This document shows, piece by piece, positions 34,160-46,370 of a stretch of 64,000 nt of DNA. Under the pieces are notes generated by a model. It did not search any database. It was not told the DNA's origin and was given only the letters and a program-made list of their open reading frames with translations. How positions within the stretch are numbered: the first letter of the stretch is position 1; each line of letters begins with the position of its first letter. Both the position numbers and the translations under genes were made by a program. The DNA is from Tetramitus jugosus (lineage: Eukaryota > Protista > Heterolobosea), in the NCBI GenBank assembly GCA_937625935.1, contig OW569367.1, positions 186,001 to 250,000 on the forward strand, given 5' to 3'.

Positions 34160-37100
34160 TTGCTTGTATCCCAAGTATTGGAAGTAAAAACAAAGATGAA
34201 AAGCAAAGTATGCGAATTCTCCTCAGGAGATAAGGTTTGGTTGTACAACGATAATGATGATGTATTCTTGGGAGTGGTCGAAGAGAGGATTGCAGGCAAG
34301 AATATTAGGTACAGATTAAAAATCAACAAGAACCAGATATGGGTCGATAAGAAAGAACATTTAGTGGATGCCAACCACTACTATGATCAAGGTCAAATCA
34401 TAAGGCATCATAAATGTGAAGAGATAATAGAAAAGAACAAGGGTGGAGATGGACTAAGTGTATACAATAGCGCATTATTACCACATCAAGCTTTAACTTT
34501 GCCTGATGTCTTACTTCACTACTTTTTAGCTGTAAATACCATGAACTACCAAGGAAGAAAGACCTCCACCAAATGTTTTCTAGTCCCATTCAGCCACAAT
34601 TCCTTCCTCCTCAAGTGTCCTCAACTCCCCTTCAGAAAGATGGCAAGCTCCATTTTTTCTGAAAAGATGATAAACCTGACCCGAAATGGAGTTTCCAGGA
34701 GAATACAGTCCGGCATTGATCAAAGTTTAATCTTCCTGGGAGATAATACTAAGAAGACGAGTCAAACATTTCAACAATTTTCAATGATGTTTGTTCTTAG
34801 AGACAACCTAAACTACTTGTCAGTGACCAGGGTGGAACAAATTAAGTCTTGCATCGATGCATCCTTCAACATTATTGGTCTCTTTGGAAGTAAACTAGGA
34901 TTGAAAGACCCAGAGGAGCAACATGTGAAGATACTCACACTTCAATATGTTGGAAAGCAGATCAAAAGAATTCAACTACGAGTACGGGCGTTCGAGGCCC
35001 TTTCTTCCTCTCGATGTTCTCTAAGTGGAACATCGACGAAGCATTCTAATGTACCTTTTGAGATTTTCCATCATATAATCTCCAATCAACAACTTCTTCC
35101 CTTCTGCAACTTGTTTGATGGTATTAACAAGTATCAAGATTTCAAATCACTGCAGCTCCAATACAAGACGATACCTCACAACGAAATTCAAAGGTGGATG
35201 ACTTTGATGAGTATTGCAGAAGCTGATGCCAATGACATTTATAGGACTATATCAGCTTGTTTAATGATGCACAATCTGCATTATGACGAACAAGGACTGC
35301 TTAATATCGACCAAAATCTGAATTCATTGAACATAATCCAAGATCTTCTGAAGTTATCAACTTCCTCTCGGGAAATACTTTGCTCCGTTATGTCGGAACT
35401 GAACTCAAGGAATACGATGATCCAAATTCTGTACTCTGGTGTCCTGACATTCATAGTGGATACTGTGAACATATACCTCGATGAATTGATGCTCTATAAC
35501 ATCGAGGAGGCTTCAGTTAAATTGAACCTAATTCAAGTCCCCGATTGTGTTACCAACGATACAACTAGCTCAACTTGGCAAGGACACTTTTCGTCAGATT
35601 ATGTCGCTTCTGTGCGACAAGTAGCTCTTCAATACGAACACGAGCAGTTCATGAAAGAATGGCAAAGAAACGGAGTCGAAGCGCCGCCTCCTTTGAAACA
35701 CCTTCCTCATGTGGATCACTTTAGTGCCTTGTCAGAAATGGTGGATTTTGATGTATCTAGATTTGAGTCCACATCCTCTATAATTCAGGGAATAATATTT
35801 AGCTACCAAAACATGGAATCTCCCTCTACACTGATGAACAGGAACAGAGATGAATTTTCGCGGATTATTGGTGCATCACATCCAACAATCTTTCATTGTA
35901 TAGATCACGATTTTTGTACCACCAATGATCCTCACCCTAGTCAACCTCAATTCAATCGGTGTCTTAAACAACTAAGACGTACCGGCTTTGAAGACCTATT
36001 AATTCAATTTAGAGAATGGCCAGTTTTCATGATTGATAAGTTTTTATTAAGGAGTTTATTCCCTACTGGTCCAAATTCAATGGAAAATGAATCACCAGAA
36101 GCCCCTACAACCGAAGATGTTTCAATATCGGACATATTTGATCAAGTGGATGCTCCCTCAGCTTTTCTGGCAGGAATCAATAATGTCTATCTGAGTGCTA
36201 ATGTAATTCCTGAGTTGACCAATACTATGGAGTATGACTCGGAAGTGTTGGAGAAGGGAGTACGGTTTATCAACGAAAAATTCTCTCACTTTTGTAGTCC
36301 GTTTTCAGATGATGACAATCCTCATTTGTTAGTGGAGAATAGGACTCCCAACAAGCTTACTCCTACCGTCGATCTGGATGTCAAAGAAGATTTTCGTTCG
36401 GCCCTTGTATTTAAGTTGCTTCATCCATCGAAGTCCGTGATTCGCAGTGAAGATTTAGATTCTGAGTTTGATTTGTCTGATGATGAAGGTGATCAACCAC
36501 TGTTCGAGAACTATCGAACTAACACTTACAAACTAATTACGACAGAAAAACTTCAACGATGCAAGAATCAAATGAGAGATTGCATGATAGGAAACAATTT
36601 GTTTGATCAGTATCGAACAGAAGCTTGTGTGTCTGAAATTGATTACAATGAAGTTCAAGACATTGAGATCATAAAAGAGAAGTTTAATGAAAAGGAAATT
36701 GATCTCGCTCTTGATATGCAAGTAGTGGAGGATGGCTTGTTCTCAATGTAAGTCACTCTTAATATTTTTTTAACTTTAGATATCTAACCATTGAATTTTC
36801 TCAGAGAGTTGTCGCACTTGTTGAAGATTAAATTGATGTCCGTGCTGAAGTCCATAAAGAATGCCGAAATGATAACTGATGATGATGCTACTGACTTTAT
36901 CACGAAGTGTACTCTATTGATTGAAAAACTGATAGAAAGCCCAACAACATTTAGTCCCAAGGTGATCGCGCTCATAGGGGAGATTTCAAAAGCTCTTCTG
37001 ATACTGATTGAACCTAGTGAACTGTACTTCAACAAGCAGATGAAAGTGTTAATCACTAGATCTCGATGTTTGTATCTGTTCTTCGTGAACAAACTCTTTA

Positions 37101-38233
37101 ATGTGTTGCTAAAGCTATTTCGAGTGATAGTGGACACCTACAAGAAAGAGAGAGAAAACAATCAACCGACACTCCACCTTCTCCTGTATACAATAACCAC
37201 CATTATTGAATATTCTACGAACTTCAATGACGAAACAAGGAAATATTTCTGTGTACCTTATCAACACAGAAAAAGATTACTTGTGTGGACTTTGGTCGAG
37301 GCTTTTGGAGCAGTTTTGATCGCCATCCAAGTTCCCGGATTGAATACACCATTATTCCACTTCGTCATTGACAAGCTGCAGTCAGCTATTACAAGCTGCA
37401 TTTCTAGTCATGAATTGGAGTTGAAGCGAGATATAGTTCATCACCAAGGGTTCAAGAATAGGTCTCCTGCTCGAAAGTCAATCACCAAGTTCTTCTACAA
37501 TGTCATTGTTCAAGATGAAACCCTGTCTAAAAAGGAAAAAATTCACAATGAGAATGATGTCCTTTACTCTCGGATTATACAGATCACATGTTTGGCACTT
37601 AAATCAGAGACGAATGAATCGATTCTGGGATGTCTCAGAATGATAACGAAACTACTCTATATTTTCGAAAAACATCCAGATGTCCATCATGTGATCCGAG
37701 AGATGATATGTCAAATACCATTGAGATCATCAGAGTATGCTGTGTACTCACTATCTTTACTACAATCAATAGACAAGTTTATAGAGTTGACAGTCAGTGG
37801 AAGGAAACTTACTCCAATGAACTATGCCACCAATCACGAACTCACCCAAAATATTCAGAAGTTGATTGAGAAATTAGTGGGTAATGACAGAAGGCAAGTG
37901 TTCATTGCTCTGTTCAGACTGTGTAAATCCCACAAGGTTGTATTCCAGAGCGCCAACTCTGACATCATGCTCTTTAATAACAATCTAGTTCAAATACTGA
38001 GCACAGAAAAAGAAACATCAGGATTCATCGATCAACACTGCACATTGATCAAGTCCCTCCAAAAGGAAGAAGTCGAGGACAAGAAAGTTCAAGACTTGAA
38101 CTTTGATTCTCATTTGATTTTCAATTCTGTGCAGTTTGACGAAGAATCAGATCGGATAAGTGAACTGTCAGAGTTACCTAAAGATATGCAAGGGGAAGAT
38201 GAAGGAGATCTCCTTTCCATTGTGTGTTTGTAA
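34160..38233 (+). CDS. Myosin-head-like protein with degenerate motor motifs and helical C-terminus; intron 36748-36804; start uncertain
   Basis: Myosin landmarks appear in order: DQSLIFLG, FNIIGLFGSK, FEIFHHI, IYRTISACLMMHNL, LYSGVLTFIVDTVN, PTIFHCI, QLRRTG. A GTAAGT..CTAAC..CAG intron joins the 863-aa and 480-aa ORFs in frame. Confidence 0.7.
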
Positions 38234-38306
38234 ATTTTGTTTCGTAAACCGCGTCGAACTTTTTCGATCTTGAAATAAAAACAAGTCAAAAAAGCAAGTA
38301 CAAACA

Positions 38307-39360
38307 ATGGCATCAAATGACAGCAACAAAATGATTGTCTGGAACAATTCCAAAACAATGAATCTTCCCGATATTATGCACAAGAGTATTTTACACTCAC
38401 AATACTTTAAAGATTTGTAGTAAGTGTTCTCTTTTGATTGGTTGGTTTTTGTTTGATTTGCTGACCTGGTATGATCTTTGTTTGCGCGCCTTTTTTCAGC
38501 GAAATTACAGATTACAATGAAGCTGTCCAAGAAATTGTTTCTTCAGTCAATAACTTGTTGCCCACCAAAGGATTGTCGTCAAATCAACCCAGTGAGTCCA
38601 TTTGTCTCCTATACAAGCTGTTCACTCTCAAGTTGACCAGAAGACAGATCGAGGCAATGTTCGAACACAGAAATGTATTCGTCAAGGCACTAGGACTGTT
38701 GTATGTAAGATTTACTGTTTTACCAAAGGAGCAGTGGGAATTTTATCAAAATTTTGTTTGTTCTGAGCTCAAGATTGAATATATGCCCAAGCACGTGATT
38801 ACTCTCGGTGAGTTTGTGATTGGTATTGTACAAGAGCAAAGATTCCTCAAAACTGTCCTATTTCCAAGAATTCCAGGTCATATCTTGACAGAAATCAACT
38901 CACAAATCGATGCTGCATTGAGCAAGGTTCACAAGGGGGATAGATATGACCGACGAAGGTCATCTCCTGACAGAAGAAAGCGACAAAGGTCACGTTCGCC
39001 CGATCGCAGCTACAAGCGTGAAAGAAGTGACTATGAACATGGTCGTTCAAGAGCCAGAGAACGAACTCCATCACCTCCCAGGAGTCCACCGGAGAGCAGG
39101 TTTGGCTTCAAGCCTGTTGTGGATAAGTAAGTAGTTTCGATGTTTCAATGTGCTTTCCACTCAACAAACAATTGTCTAACACACCACACACACTCAGGTC
39201 TCAAGTATACAGTGACCTTCCACAAGTTGAGAATCCCTATGCGACAGAATCGTCCGTGCTACTGGGAGAGACAAGCAGAAGGCTCAATTATTCAACAACT
39301 GCCAAGAAAAAATCACACGACTGGCGCAAGATTTTAGCCGAAGAGGAAGTTGACGAATGA
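38307..39360 (+). CDS. PRPF38B: Pre-mRNA splicing factor 38B (introns; last exon tentative)
   Basis: WNNSKTMNL..I..SQYFKDL|YE, CLLYKLFTLKLTRRQ, ALGLLYVRF, FPRIP and an RS-rich tail. Confidence 0.85.
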
Positions 39361-39446
39361 AAGAATTGGGCATGGTTCGATTTTTTTGGTCATTTTTGAT
39401 GATTGATGATTGATAGGTTGTCAACCAGCTTTATTGGTATTCGGTC

Positions 39447-40868
39447 TTATTTGTATCGCTCATTCATTGTTCTTATCAACTCTGCGCTGTCCTTCTCTCC
39501 TCCCTTCTCATTCGTGTTGGCCATGTGGGTCTCTACACTCTTTACCAATGAATTGTAGTAGGATGTTCCACGATTGGAGCTCACTCGTTCCCATAACCAC
39601 GAAGGAACACCTCCAGTCACCCATCCCAATTCGTAGTATCTTGTTTTCGTATTTCCTTCATTCAATTGCTCAAAGATAGTACAGCCAAATCCTTGTTCTC
39701 TCACTGCTTTTGCCTTGAGTTTCAATTTTGATGTGTCCAAATCCACACTCTTTCTCACAACAATGTATCGCTTGCACTTTGTTCTCACGTTTGTTTCGCT
39801 TGTCAAGGTTGCTGAACCGACAAAATCACGGTCCGATAGCATGGGCACTCTGTATCGGTCATACACAAGAGTACAAGCATACTTGTTGATTTCATTGGAT
39901 GGCACATAACCAATGCTAGCTGATTCAACCAACATCTTATCATTTGCAAGTCTGTACTCTGTTGCCAATGCAGCTTGCATCACAATCTCCACAGGGGCAT
40001 TAATCAGTCCAATACTCTTCAAGAAACGTCCTGGAGCACTATACGTGGAGAATTTGAGCATTTTCTTGCTCGTGTACACTTCGTATTGTCCCTTCTTGTA
40101 CAGAGTCTTGTTCAAAGTGATGCCAGCAATGGTTGAATCCGATGACAATGTCCACTCTTTCAACACCTTGAACTCATCTTCTGAAATGTATGCCGAATTC
40201 TTGTCAAAGACAGACTCTAGGGATGAATCTTCATTGTCCGTGGAAGAACAACTATCCAAATCACTCTGTGTGTTGTTATTGTTGTTAAACGAGTTTTGTA
40301 GTTGCAGTGTAGGTGGTGTTTGTGGTGTCAGTGGTGTTGCTGCTCTATTGGGTGAATCCGTAATTAAATTATTCGAAGAACTACTGTTCCTGTTGTTGGT
40401 GTTGTTGTTGTTGTGATTGAGCTGCTCTTCCATGGGAGACATTGGTGAGAGAGGAGCACAGAGAAACATCATTTGAGATGCGTAGGCAGAGTTGATAAAC
40501 CTTGGCCACACATCTTCCTTGAGTTCCAACAAGACACCAGCACTGCACGAATCAAACAAATTTTTTGGACAGTGACTTCGTGAGCATTGTTCCGTAAATT
40601 GGTTCATGGTGGATGAGCGAGTGACTTGTGAGATGTTGAGCTCATGTCTCGCACATGGTTCAATGTATGTCTTGATCATTTCTTGAGCGGATTCAAAGCG
40701 ATTTGCATGCGATTTCATTCGCTCATACTGCTCGACAGCATCAATGAATGACAATGGGTCTTCATTGTGTGAGACAACGAGGTAGTTGCGAAAGATTTGT
40801 CTGCTTTCTTCATTGTCAATGACGTCTTCTAGTGTTAGGCCTTGCATCTTGTTCATATGTGTGTTCAT
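39447..40868 (-). CDS. RGS domain plus START-like domain protein
   Basis: RGS: FRNYL..SHNEDPLSF, YI.P.A.HELNIS, LFD, LKEDVWPRF. START-like: PMLSDRDFV, YIVVRKSV, KAVRE, KTRY..GGVPSWLW. Confidence 0.8.
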   Translation of the reverse strand: MNTHMNKMQGLTLEDVIDNEESRQIFRNYLVVSHNEDPLSFIDAVEQYERMKSHANRFESAQEMIKTYIEPCARHELNISQVTRSSTMNQFTEQCSRSHCPKNLFDSCSAGVLLELKEDVWPRFINSAYASQMMFLCAPLSPMSPMEEQLNHNNNNTNNRNSSSSNNLITDSPNRAATPLTPQTPPTLQLQNSFNNNNNTQSDLDSCSSTDNEDSSLESVFDKNSAYISEDEFKVLKEWTLSSDSTIAGITLNKTLYKKGQYEVYTSKKMLKFSTYSAPGRFLKSIGLINAPVEIVMQAALATEYRLANDKMLVESASIGYVPSNEINKYACTLVYDRYRVPMLSDRDFVGSATLTSETNVRTKCKRYIVVRKSVDLDTSKLKLKAKAVREQGFGCTIFEQLNEGNTKTRYYELGWVTGGVPSWLWERVSSNRGTSYYNSLVKSVETHMANTNEKGGEKDSAELIRTMNERYK

Positions 40869-41319
40869 AGGTATGTTGTTGTATGTACGTTTATGTTGGT
40901 GTCAGGAGTTTTGTTGTTAAATGTTGTTGTTTGTACAGTGAGGTGTGTTGGTTAGAGGTGGTGTTGATTCGTTTTGTTTTTTGTGTGCACGTAGACAGTT
41001 CGTTCGAGAAAGGTTGTGAGGATAGGACCTTTGCAAGGCTGATTAGGGGGTTGGGTGAATTGGACCCTAGCCACGGGTTACGATACTCGCGCAGGAGAGA
41101 ACTGTGTTGTCGTTTCACCATTCATCGCATGTTACTGAGATCTCCATTATACACGTCAAGTGTCAATCACCAAATGAGAAATCGGACAAACGAAATTGGG
41201 TCTTCAGAAATACGAATGCGAAGTCGGTGAAACAGAAATGGTGCACGAACACAAATTCGACTCGAACTACCGCTAAAAATTAGCTCCGCTACGGAAAAAA
41301 CAAGAAAAAAGCAAAAACA

Positions 41320-42375
41320 ATGTTTCTTGATCGCACATCAGAGCTTCGAACGCTCATACAAAACACTCTGGCAAAGGACAATGTGACGCTGCCATCACCC
41401 TCAGCAAAATCATCATCACCACACAGTATAGGATCAGCCTTTATTAATACAGCAACAGTCATCCGAAACGAAATTTATCACATTTCTTTCCTAGTCGGAG
41501 AAAATGCCAAACACTTTATGAGAACTTGGTCATCGAGTGATCCCAACAACTCTTCTCTATCATCATCTTTTATGCTCTACAACAATAATGATGATGACAA
41601 CAACAACATTGACGATGACTCAAATATCATGAGTTCAATCAACCTCGAATCACAACTCAAACAAGTTTCAGAGCACATTGCCGAGTTGGAAAGTGTGTTG
41701 ACCAATGCCGAAAAACAACAATCTTCCTCTCATGCCAATCATCAATTGGCTCATTATCGTGCCATTCTCATTACACTGTATCATTTGACTCAAACCGTTT
41801 CCAATCAATTCAAATATTTGCGCACATTGGAGGCACAGCGCATCTTGTACGCGAGAAAATTGTTTACAGAAGTTTGGGTGAACAAGGGCGAAAAGCCAAG
41901 TGCAAACGAACAAAAACAATTGTCGCAACTGCAGAATGAGGAACAAGTGAGAGAAGAGGAAGAACGAACAAACACGATTCAGGTTAATCATTTGTCCGAT
42001 CGTCAGATGCTATTGTTAAAGTCGGAGAATAATTGGTTGCAGGAGGAGATTGAACAGTGGTTGCAGGATGCTTTGGATGCGGAGAAGTCAGCAGTGGAGT
42101 TGGGTGAGTTGATTGCGTTGTTTGATCAAAAGGTTTCGGAGCAGGCGGAACAGATTGAGCTCTTGTACGAGAATGCAAAGAATTCGGAGGAGGCAATGAG
42201 TAATGCCAAGGACGAATTGGAGAAGGCGAAAAAGACGAGTCAGGGCAAGGGAGACTCATGGCTGTTGAATATGTTTGGTGGAAAGGTTTTGGCCAACTTG
42301 ATTCGCTATTTTGTATTTTATTTATTGATCGGAGCATCATTCTTTTTGCTCTTTTTGGATTTGATTAGTAAATAG
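41320..42375 (+). CDS. STX18: Syntaxin-18/Ufe1-like Qa-SNARE
   Basis: N-terminal DRTSEL, AHYRAILITL, LKSEN, SNARE helix F.QKVSEQAEQIE.L and C-terminal TM ending FLLFLD. Confidence 0.75.
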   Translation: MFLDRTSELRTLIQNTLAKDNVTLPSPSAKSSSPHSIGSAFINTATVIRNEIYHISFLVGENAKHFMRTWSSSDPNNSSLSSSFMLYNNNDDDNNNIDDDSNIMSSINLESQLKQVSEHIAELESVLTNAEKQQSSSHANHQLAHYRAILITLYHLTQTVSNQFKYLRTLEAQRILYARKLFTEVWVNKGEKPSANEQKQLSQLQNEEQVREEEERTNTIQVNHLSDRQMLLLKSENNWLQEEIEQWLQDALDAEKSAVELGELIALFDQKVSEQAEQIELLYENAKNSEEAMSNAKDELEKAKKTSQGKGDSWLLNMFGGKVLANLIRYFVFYLLIGASFFLLFLDLISK

Positions 42376-42496
42376 TGCTCATGTGTACATAATATAAGAA
42401 TGTCCAACGTTGTACAGAATCGGTGTTTTCGTCATGCGCTCAAGGATTTATTATTGATGGAGTGTTTATTGTCAACTGGTTGTGATTGATTGGTAG

Positions 42497-45400
42497 TTAG
42501 GGTGCAGCATTCTCTTCATCAAAGTCTTCATATTCATCCTCATTGTCATCCTCTTGTTCATTCCGCTCGTTCATCGAGTCGGATTCTAATACTTGAGTGG
42601 TTTCTGCATCACCATACTCAAATCCCAACCAGTGAGCAAATCCTGATGCTGTTAGCCGATTACCGATGGATGATATATGAACTTCTTCGTTCTGAAGTGT
42701 GGACAAACATTGGAGAATTTCTTGATCAGATATTCTCTCCCCCAATGTATTGAGTTTTTCCAAGAGCTGGTCTCTTCGAATCACTCCAGTGTTTGGCTCA
42801 GCTCCAAGTGTAATGAATGACTGTTCAATGTCTTGTGCCTCAATATCAAACAACGGTCTATGGTTCACATATATTTTGATGAATGTGTCAAAGTCGATGA
42901 AGATATCATCCATGTTGAGTAAGAGAGCTTTTCTCGGTTCATTGGCTTCGCTTGAGCCGTTCGGTGTTTCACCTACGATCATCTTGAGCTCATTAACCAT
43001 GTTGTAGATTTCCCAGTTAGAAGCATAGAAACCAATAGAGCGCATCAAGTTCGGTATTTGGTCCAGAGCAACAACTCCTGTGATCTTTCGTTCCTTGGTA
43101 GTTATCTCTCCCTGGCTCCGAATTTGAGCATAGTAGAACATGTGTTTGATCTCTTGGAAGAACTCTCCTTCCGAGCCTCCTTCAATCTGTTCAACAAACG
43201 AAGAAATATCGGTGGATGTCCGAGAAGCACTTTCGAGGTACTCTCCATTAATTTGCCATTGATTAACTGTGCAGTCAGATCCACCAGCAGTGAACATGAA
43301 TCTTCCATCCGAAGAAATTGCACAAGAACTAATCTCCCCAGAGTGAGCAATCAGTCCCATATACTTGTTTTGATCGCCATTCACTGGAGCATGGATCAGA
43401 CCAACTACTCGCTCATGCGTTGTGTATGCCAAATATTTGACTGATTTGGTATCTCCCCCTTCGTTCGTACCGGTGCTTGGAGGAACAATAAGTAGACGAT
43501 TCAGAGGACCTCCAAATGTTGGCCCTGTTTTTGTCTTTAAACATCTGGTTTCCCGATTAGCATCAGGCGTTAGGAACTCTGTAATTTTGTAGTGATTGTC
43601 AGCGAACAAGAGGGTATCAAATTCACCTGATTCATTGGTGTATCTCTCGGTTATATGGGGTCTGGCCCACAAAAATGAAGTAGGTATAGAGCTTTGGGCA
43701 ACAAGATGAACAGCTTTTAACTTTACACCTTCTGCGATACTGCTGTTCTCCAAGTCATACTCAATGAGTCGTCTATCCTCTCCCACCGACATTAACCGAG
43801 GTATATCGCCAAATGGAACAACTCCAAAGTCTAACCCTGATATAGGCTTCTTGTGCGATTTGAATCGACCAACATATATCCATTCAACTTCTTTGGAAGG
43901 ATTTTGGTCCTTGTTGTCCCATTTGAATATCCCTACAGCGTTATCACTATCTGAGAATCCAATGTACAATGAATCATGAGAGAATTTAAGATCTAGCATC
44001 GCAGCATGGGAAGGACGGAAATGTTGCAGCTCTTCTATTTGCTCGCCATCCAAGATCTTAACAACTCCATTTGTGCAACCAACGACAAGATATTCTCCTT
44101 TCGGGTCAAATGTCATTGTGGACACACTCAGGCTCGGCAGTTCGGTAATTTTAATCACTCGTTTGATGCTATAATCCCACAGGTGAATATGTCCAGAGGC
44201 TCCTGATATTACAAGATAGGGATGTTTAGGATGAGAAGCCAAAGCATGAATAGGCCCTTCCTGACCCAATACAACAAGCTCCCCTCGCAAATTCTTTTGC
44301 CTGTAATCATTGAATGCTTTTGATTCTGCTTTGATGATGAATGCTAAACCTGTAGATACTACAAAGTCTGGACAAGCGAACTCTTCTTGGTTATTTCGGG
44401 TCTTTTGTTTAGATGTTGAAGCGCTACCTGCATCACTTCTATCGAAATCGATGAGAGAATCTTCGTCAGAGACATAAATCCGATTGAAGGAAACGGACGT
44501 TATGGGACCTGCCATAAATTCTTCGAACCATGCTTCTAACCTTAATTGATGATCCAAGAACTTAACGTGCCCATCATCGCCACCAGTCACTATGTAGCCC
44601 TTGACACATGTGACAAAGTTGATAGAAGAATTTGGATGGATCTTCACAACCTTGAATGATTTCTTTTCGTATTCCACATCGGACATCTCATTCAATTTCT
44701 GCCATAGAATTACTTCTCCTTCTTTTGTGCCTGTAGCTGCTAAGCTCGTGTTTGGAACAAAGCAAGTCACTGTAAACTCCCCTACAGCCTGTCGGAAGTC
44801 TCGAGCAGTCACAGAGGGATTATAGTATACAAGTTCATCATCCTCCCAAGACCAGAAACTGATAATTCGAGCACCATTAGTTACTAAGATTCGAGAGTTT
44901 GAGTCATGAAATTTTACCCATGTTTGTGGTAACATTTGATTCACAGAATCCGATATTTCTGCAGCCTCAGTCATATCTTGAGGTTGTGCGTGAGTTGGAG
45001 TCGATGATTGTTGGCTCAATGGGACAATCATAGAATGAATGGGAGAGGAGTCCTCAGACGTCCATGCCCAAATTGACAAAGTTTGTTGTCCATATTCATC
45101 GGGTCGGCTTAGAGTGGAGATGTACATTGAGTCGTGGGAGATATCGACTGACTGGATACCAATCGAGTGAGGTTCAAACACAGTCTTAACAGGTATTCCC
45201 TTTACGCTATCCCAAACAACGAACATATTCTTCACGCCAACATCAGCCGTTACAATCCATCTCTTGTCTGTACTCACACAAGAACATGTAATGGGATGCA
45301 CATGTCCCTGCAGCAATGTCTGTTGCTTCATCTCAATCTTATATATTACACCGATATGTCCACTTACATAAAATATGTCCTTCCTTACTTCGTCACTCAA

Positions 45401-45610
45401 GTTGTGTACACCACCAACAATATCCTTGTTTATTCCAAACACCCACTCAAGCATCACAGCATTCTGAACATCGACAGCTTCTGGATTATCATGTAAATGA
45501 AACTTTGGAAATTGCTCTCCAGATGAACGAACAACATCGCTCGTTTCTAAGTCAACATTACTCATAACGTCATTCTCATTCGTTCCTTGACGATCATCAT
45601 CAGATTCCAT
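42497..45610 (-). CDS. CFAP251: Cilia- and flagella-associated protein 251 (WDR66)
   Basis: LEWVFGIN, QTLLQGH, PRLMSVGEDRRLIEYDL, GPTFGGP, GLIAHSG, IEGGSEGEFFQE...FYYAQIRSQG, F..IYVNHRP and an EF-hand-like tail. Confidence 0.92.
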   Translation of the reverse strand: MESDDDRQGTNENDVMSNVDLETSDVVRSSGEQFPKFHLHDNPEAVDVQNAVMLEWVFGINKDIVGGVHNLSDEVRKDIFYVSGHIGVIYKIEMKQQTLLQGHVHPITCSCVSTDKRWIVTADVGVKNMFVVWDSVKGIPVKTVFEPHSIGIQSVDISHDSMYISTLSRPDEYGQQTLSIWAWTSEDSSPIHSMIVPLSQQSSTPTHAQPQDMTEAAEISDSVNQMLPQTWVKFHDSNSRILVTNGARIISFWSWEDDELVYYNPSVTARDFRQAVGEFTVTCFVPNTSLAATGTKEGEVILWQKLNEMSDVEYEKKSFKVVKIHPNSSINFVTCVKGYIVTGGDDGHVKFLDHQLRLEAWFEEFMAGPITSVSFNRIYVSDEDSLIDFDRSDAGSASTSKQKTRNNQEEFACPDFVVSTGLAFIIKAESKAFNDYRQKNLRGELVVLGQEGPIHALASHPKHPYLVISGASGHIHLWDYSIKRVIKITELPSLSVSTMTFDPKGEYLVVGCTNGVVKILDGEQIEELQHFRPSHAAMLDLKFSHDSLYIGFSDSDNAVGIFKWDNKDQNPSKEVEWIYVGRFKSHKKPISGLDFGVVPFGDIPRLMSVGEDRRLIEYDLENSSIAEGVKLKAVHLVAQSSIPTSFLWARPHITERYTNESGEFDTLLFADNHYKITEFLTPDANRETRCLKTKTGPTFGGPLNRLLIVPPSTGTNEGGDTKSVKYLAYTTHERVVGLIHAPVNGDQNKYMGLIAHSGEISSCAISSDGRFMFTAGGSDCTVNQWQINGEYLESASRTSTDISSFVEQIEGGSEGEFFQEIKHMFYYAQIRSQGEITTKERKITGVVALDQIPNLMRSIGFYASNWEIYNMVNELKMIVGETPNGSSEANEPRKALLLNMDDIFIDFDTFIKIYVNHRPLFDIEAQDIEQSFITLGAEPNTGVIRRDQLLEKLNTLGERISDQEILQCLSTLQNEEVHISSIGNRLTASGFAHWLGFEYGDAETTQVLESDSMNERNEQEDDNEDEYEDFDEENAAP

Positions 45611-45767
45611 TTTACTCTGTGATGCAGTGTTTTGTAAATTTCCCACCCGCCCAACAAACTTACGACGCGGACAAACAATTCAACTCCGCCAAGCGGCAAA
45701 ACAAAAAACTGCATTCGAGCCTCTGAAGAGAAAACTGAACAAACCTAACAGCAATCGCAAAACAACA

Positions 45768-46274
45768 ATGGACGATCCAGACAAGTACGACAATCACCGG
45801 ATTCACAACGGAGAACAAATTCAAGACGCAGACGACAAATTCCTCCAAAAATTTCCACTCCAGAACATTACGGCCGACCACTTTGAACGCATTCCTTACA
45901 TTTCTCCTTCTGCTGACGCATTCCTTCATCAAACCGAGTTCCGAGTAGCCTCGCACATTGCCGATGTGAGATCCACGGTGAAGCTACACCAGTACGCAAT
46001 GGGATTTTCGGCTGTAACCATGGCTGTCATGTATCGAATGAAGAATCCGTTCGCAATGGGAATGTTGTTGCCAATATCGGCGATTGGAACGAGTTGGATG
46101 TATCATTGGTCGTTGGGTTATGGAAATATGTTGAGTCGAGTTGCAATTGAGACGCAAACAATTCTAAAGGAACGTGCTTACTATTTGACAGAGGGTGATA
46201 TTTTGGATATTGAGAAGCAGTTGCTTGTGGCTGAACAAGAAGATAAGGGAGAAGAAACAACAAAAGCACAATAA
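45768..46274 (+). CDS. PLGRKT/DUF2368-like small membrane protein
   Basis: Two hydrophobic segments around KNP..LLP, followed by Y..SLGYGNMLSRV..E.QTIL. Confidence 0.65.
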   Translation: MDDPDKYDNHRIHNGEQIQDADDKFLQKFPLQNITADHFERIPYISPSADAFLHQTEFRVASHIADVRSTVKLHQYAMGFSAVTMAVMYRMKNPFAMGMLLPISAIGTSWMYHWSLGYGNMLSRVAIETQTILKERAYYLTEGDILDIEKQLLVAEQEDKGEETTKAQ

Positions 46275-46370
46275 GAATATTAATTTTTGATGTATAAAAA
46301 CAAGAGAGAGGATAGGTTGTATAGCTATTTGTAGGGGTGGTTGTTGTGATTCTTTTTTTCCTTCCTGTTT

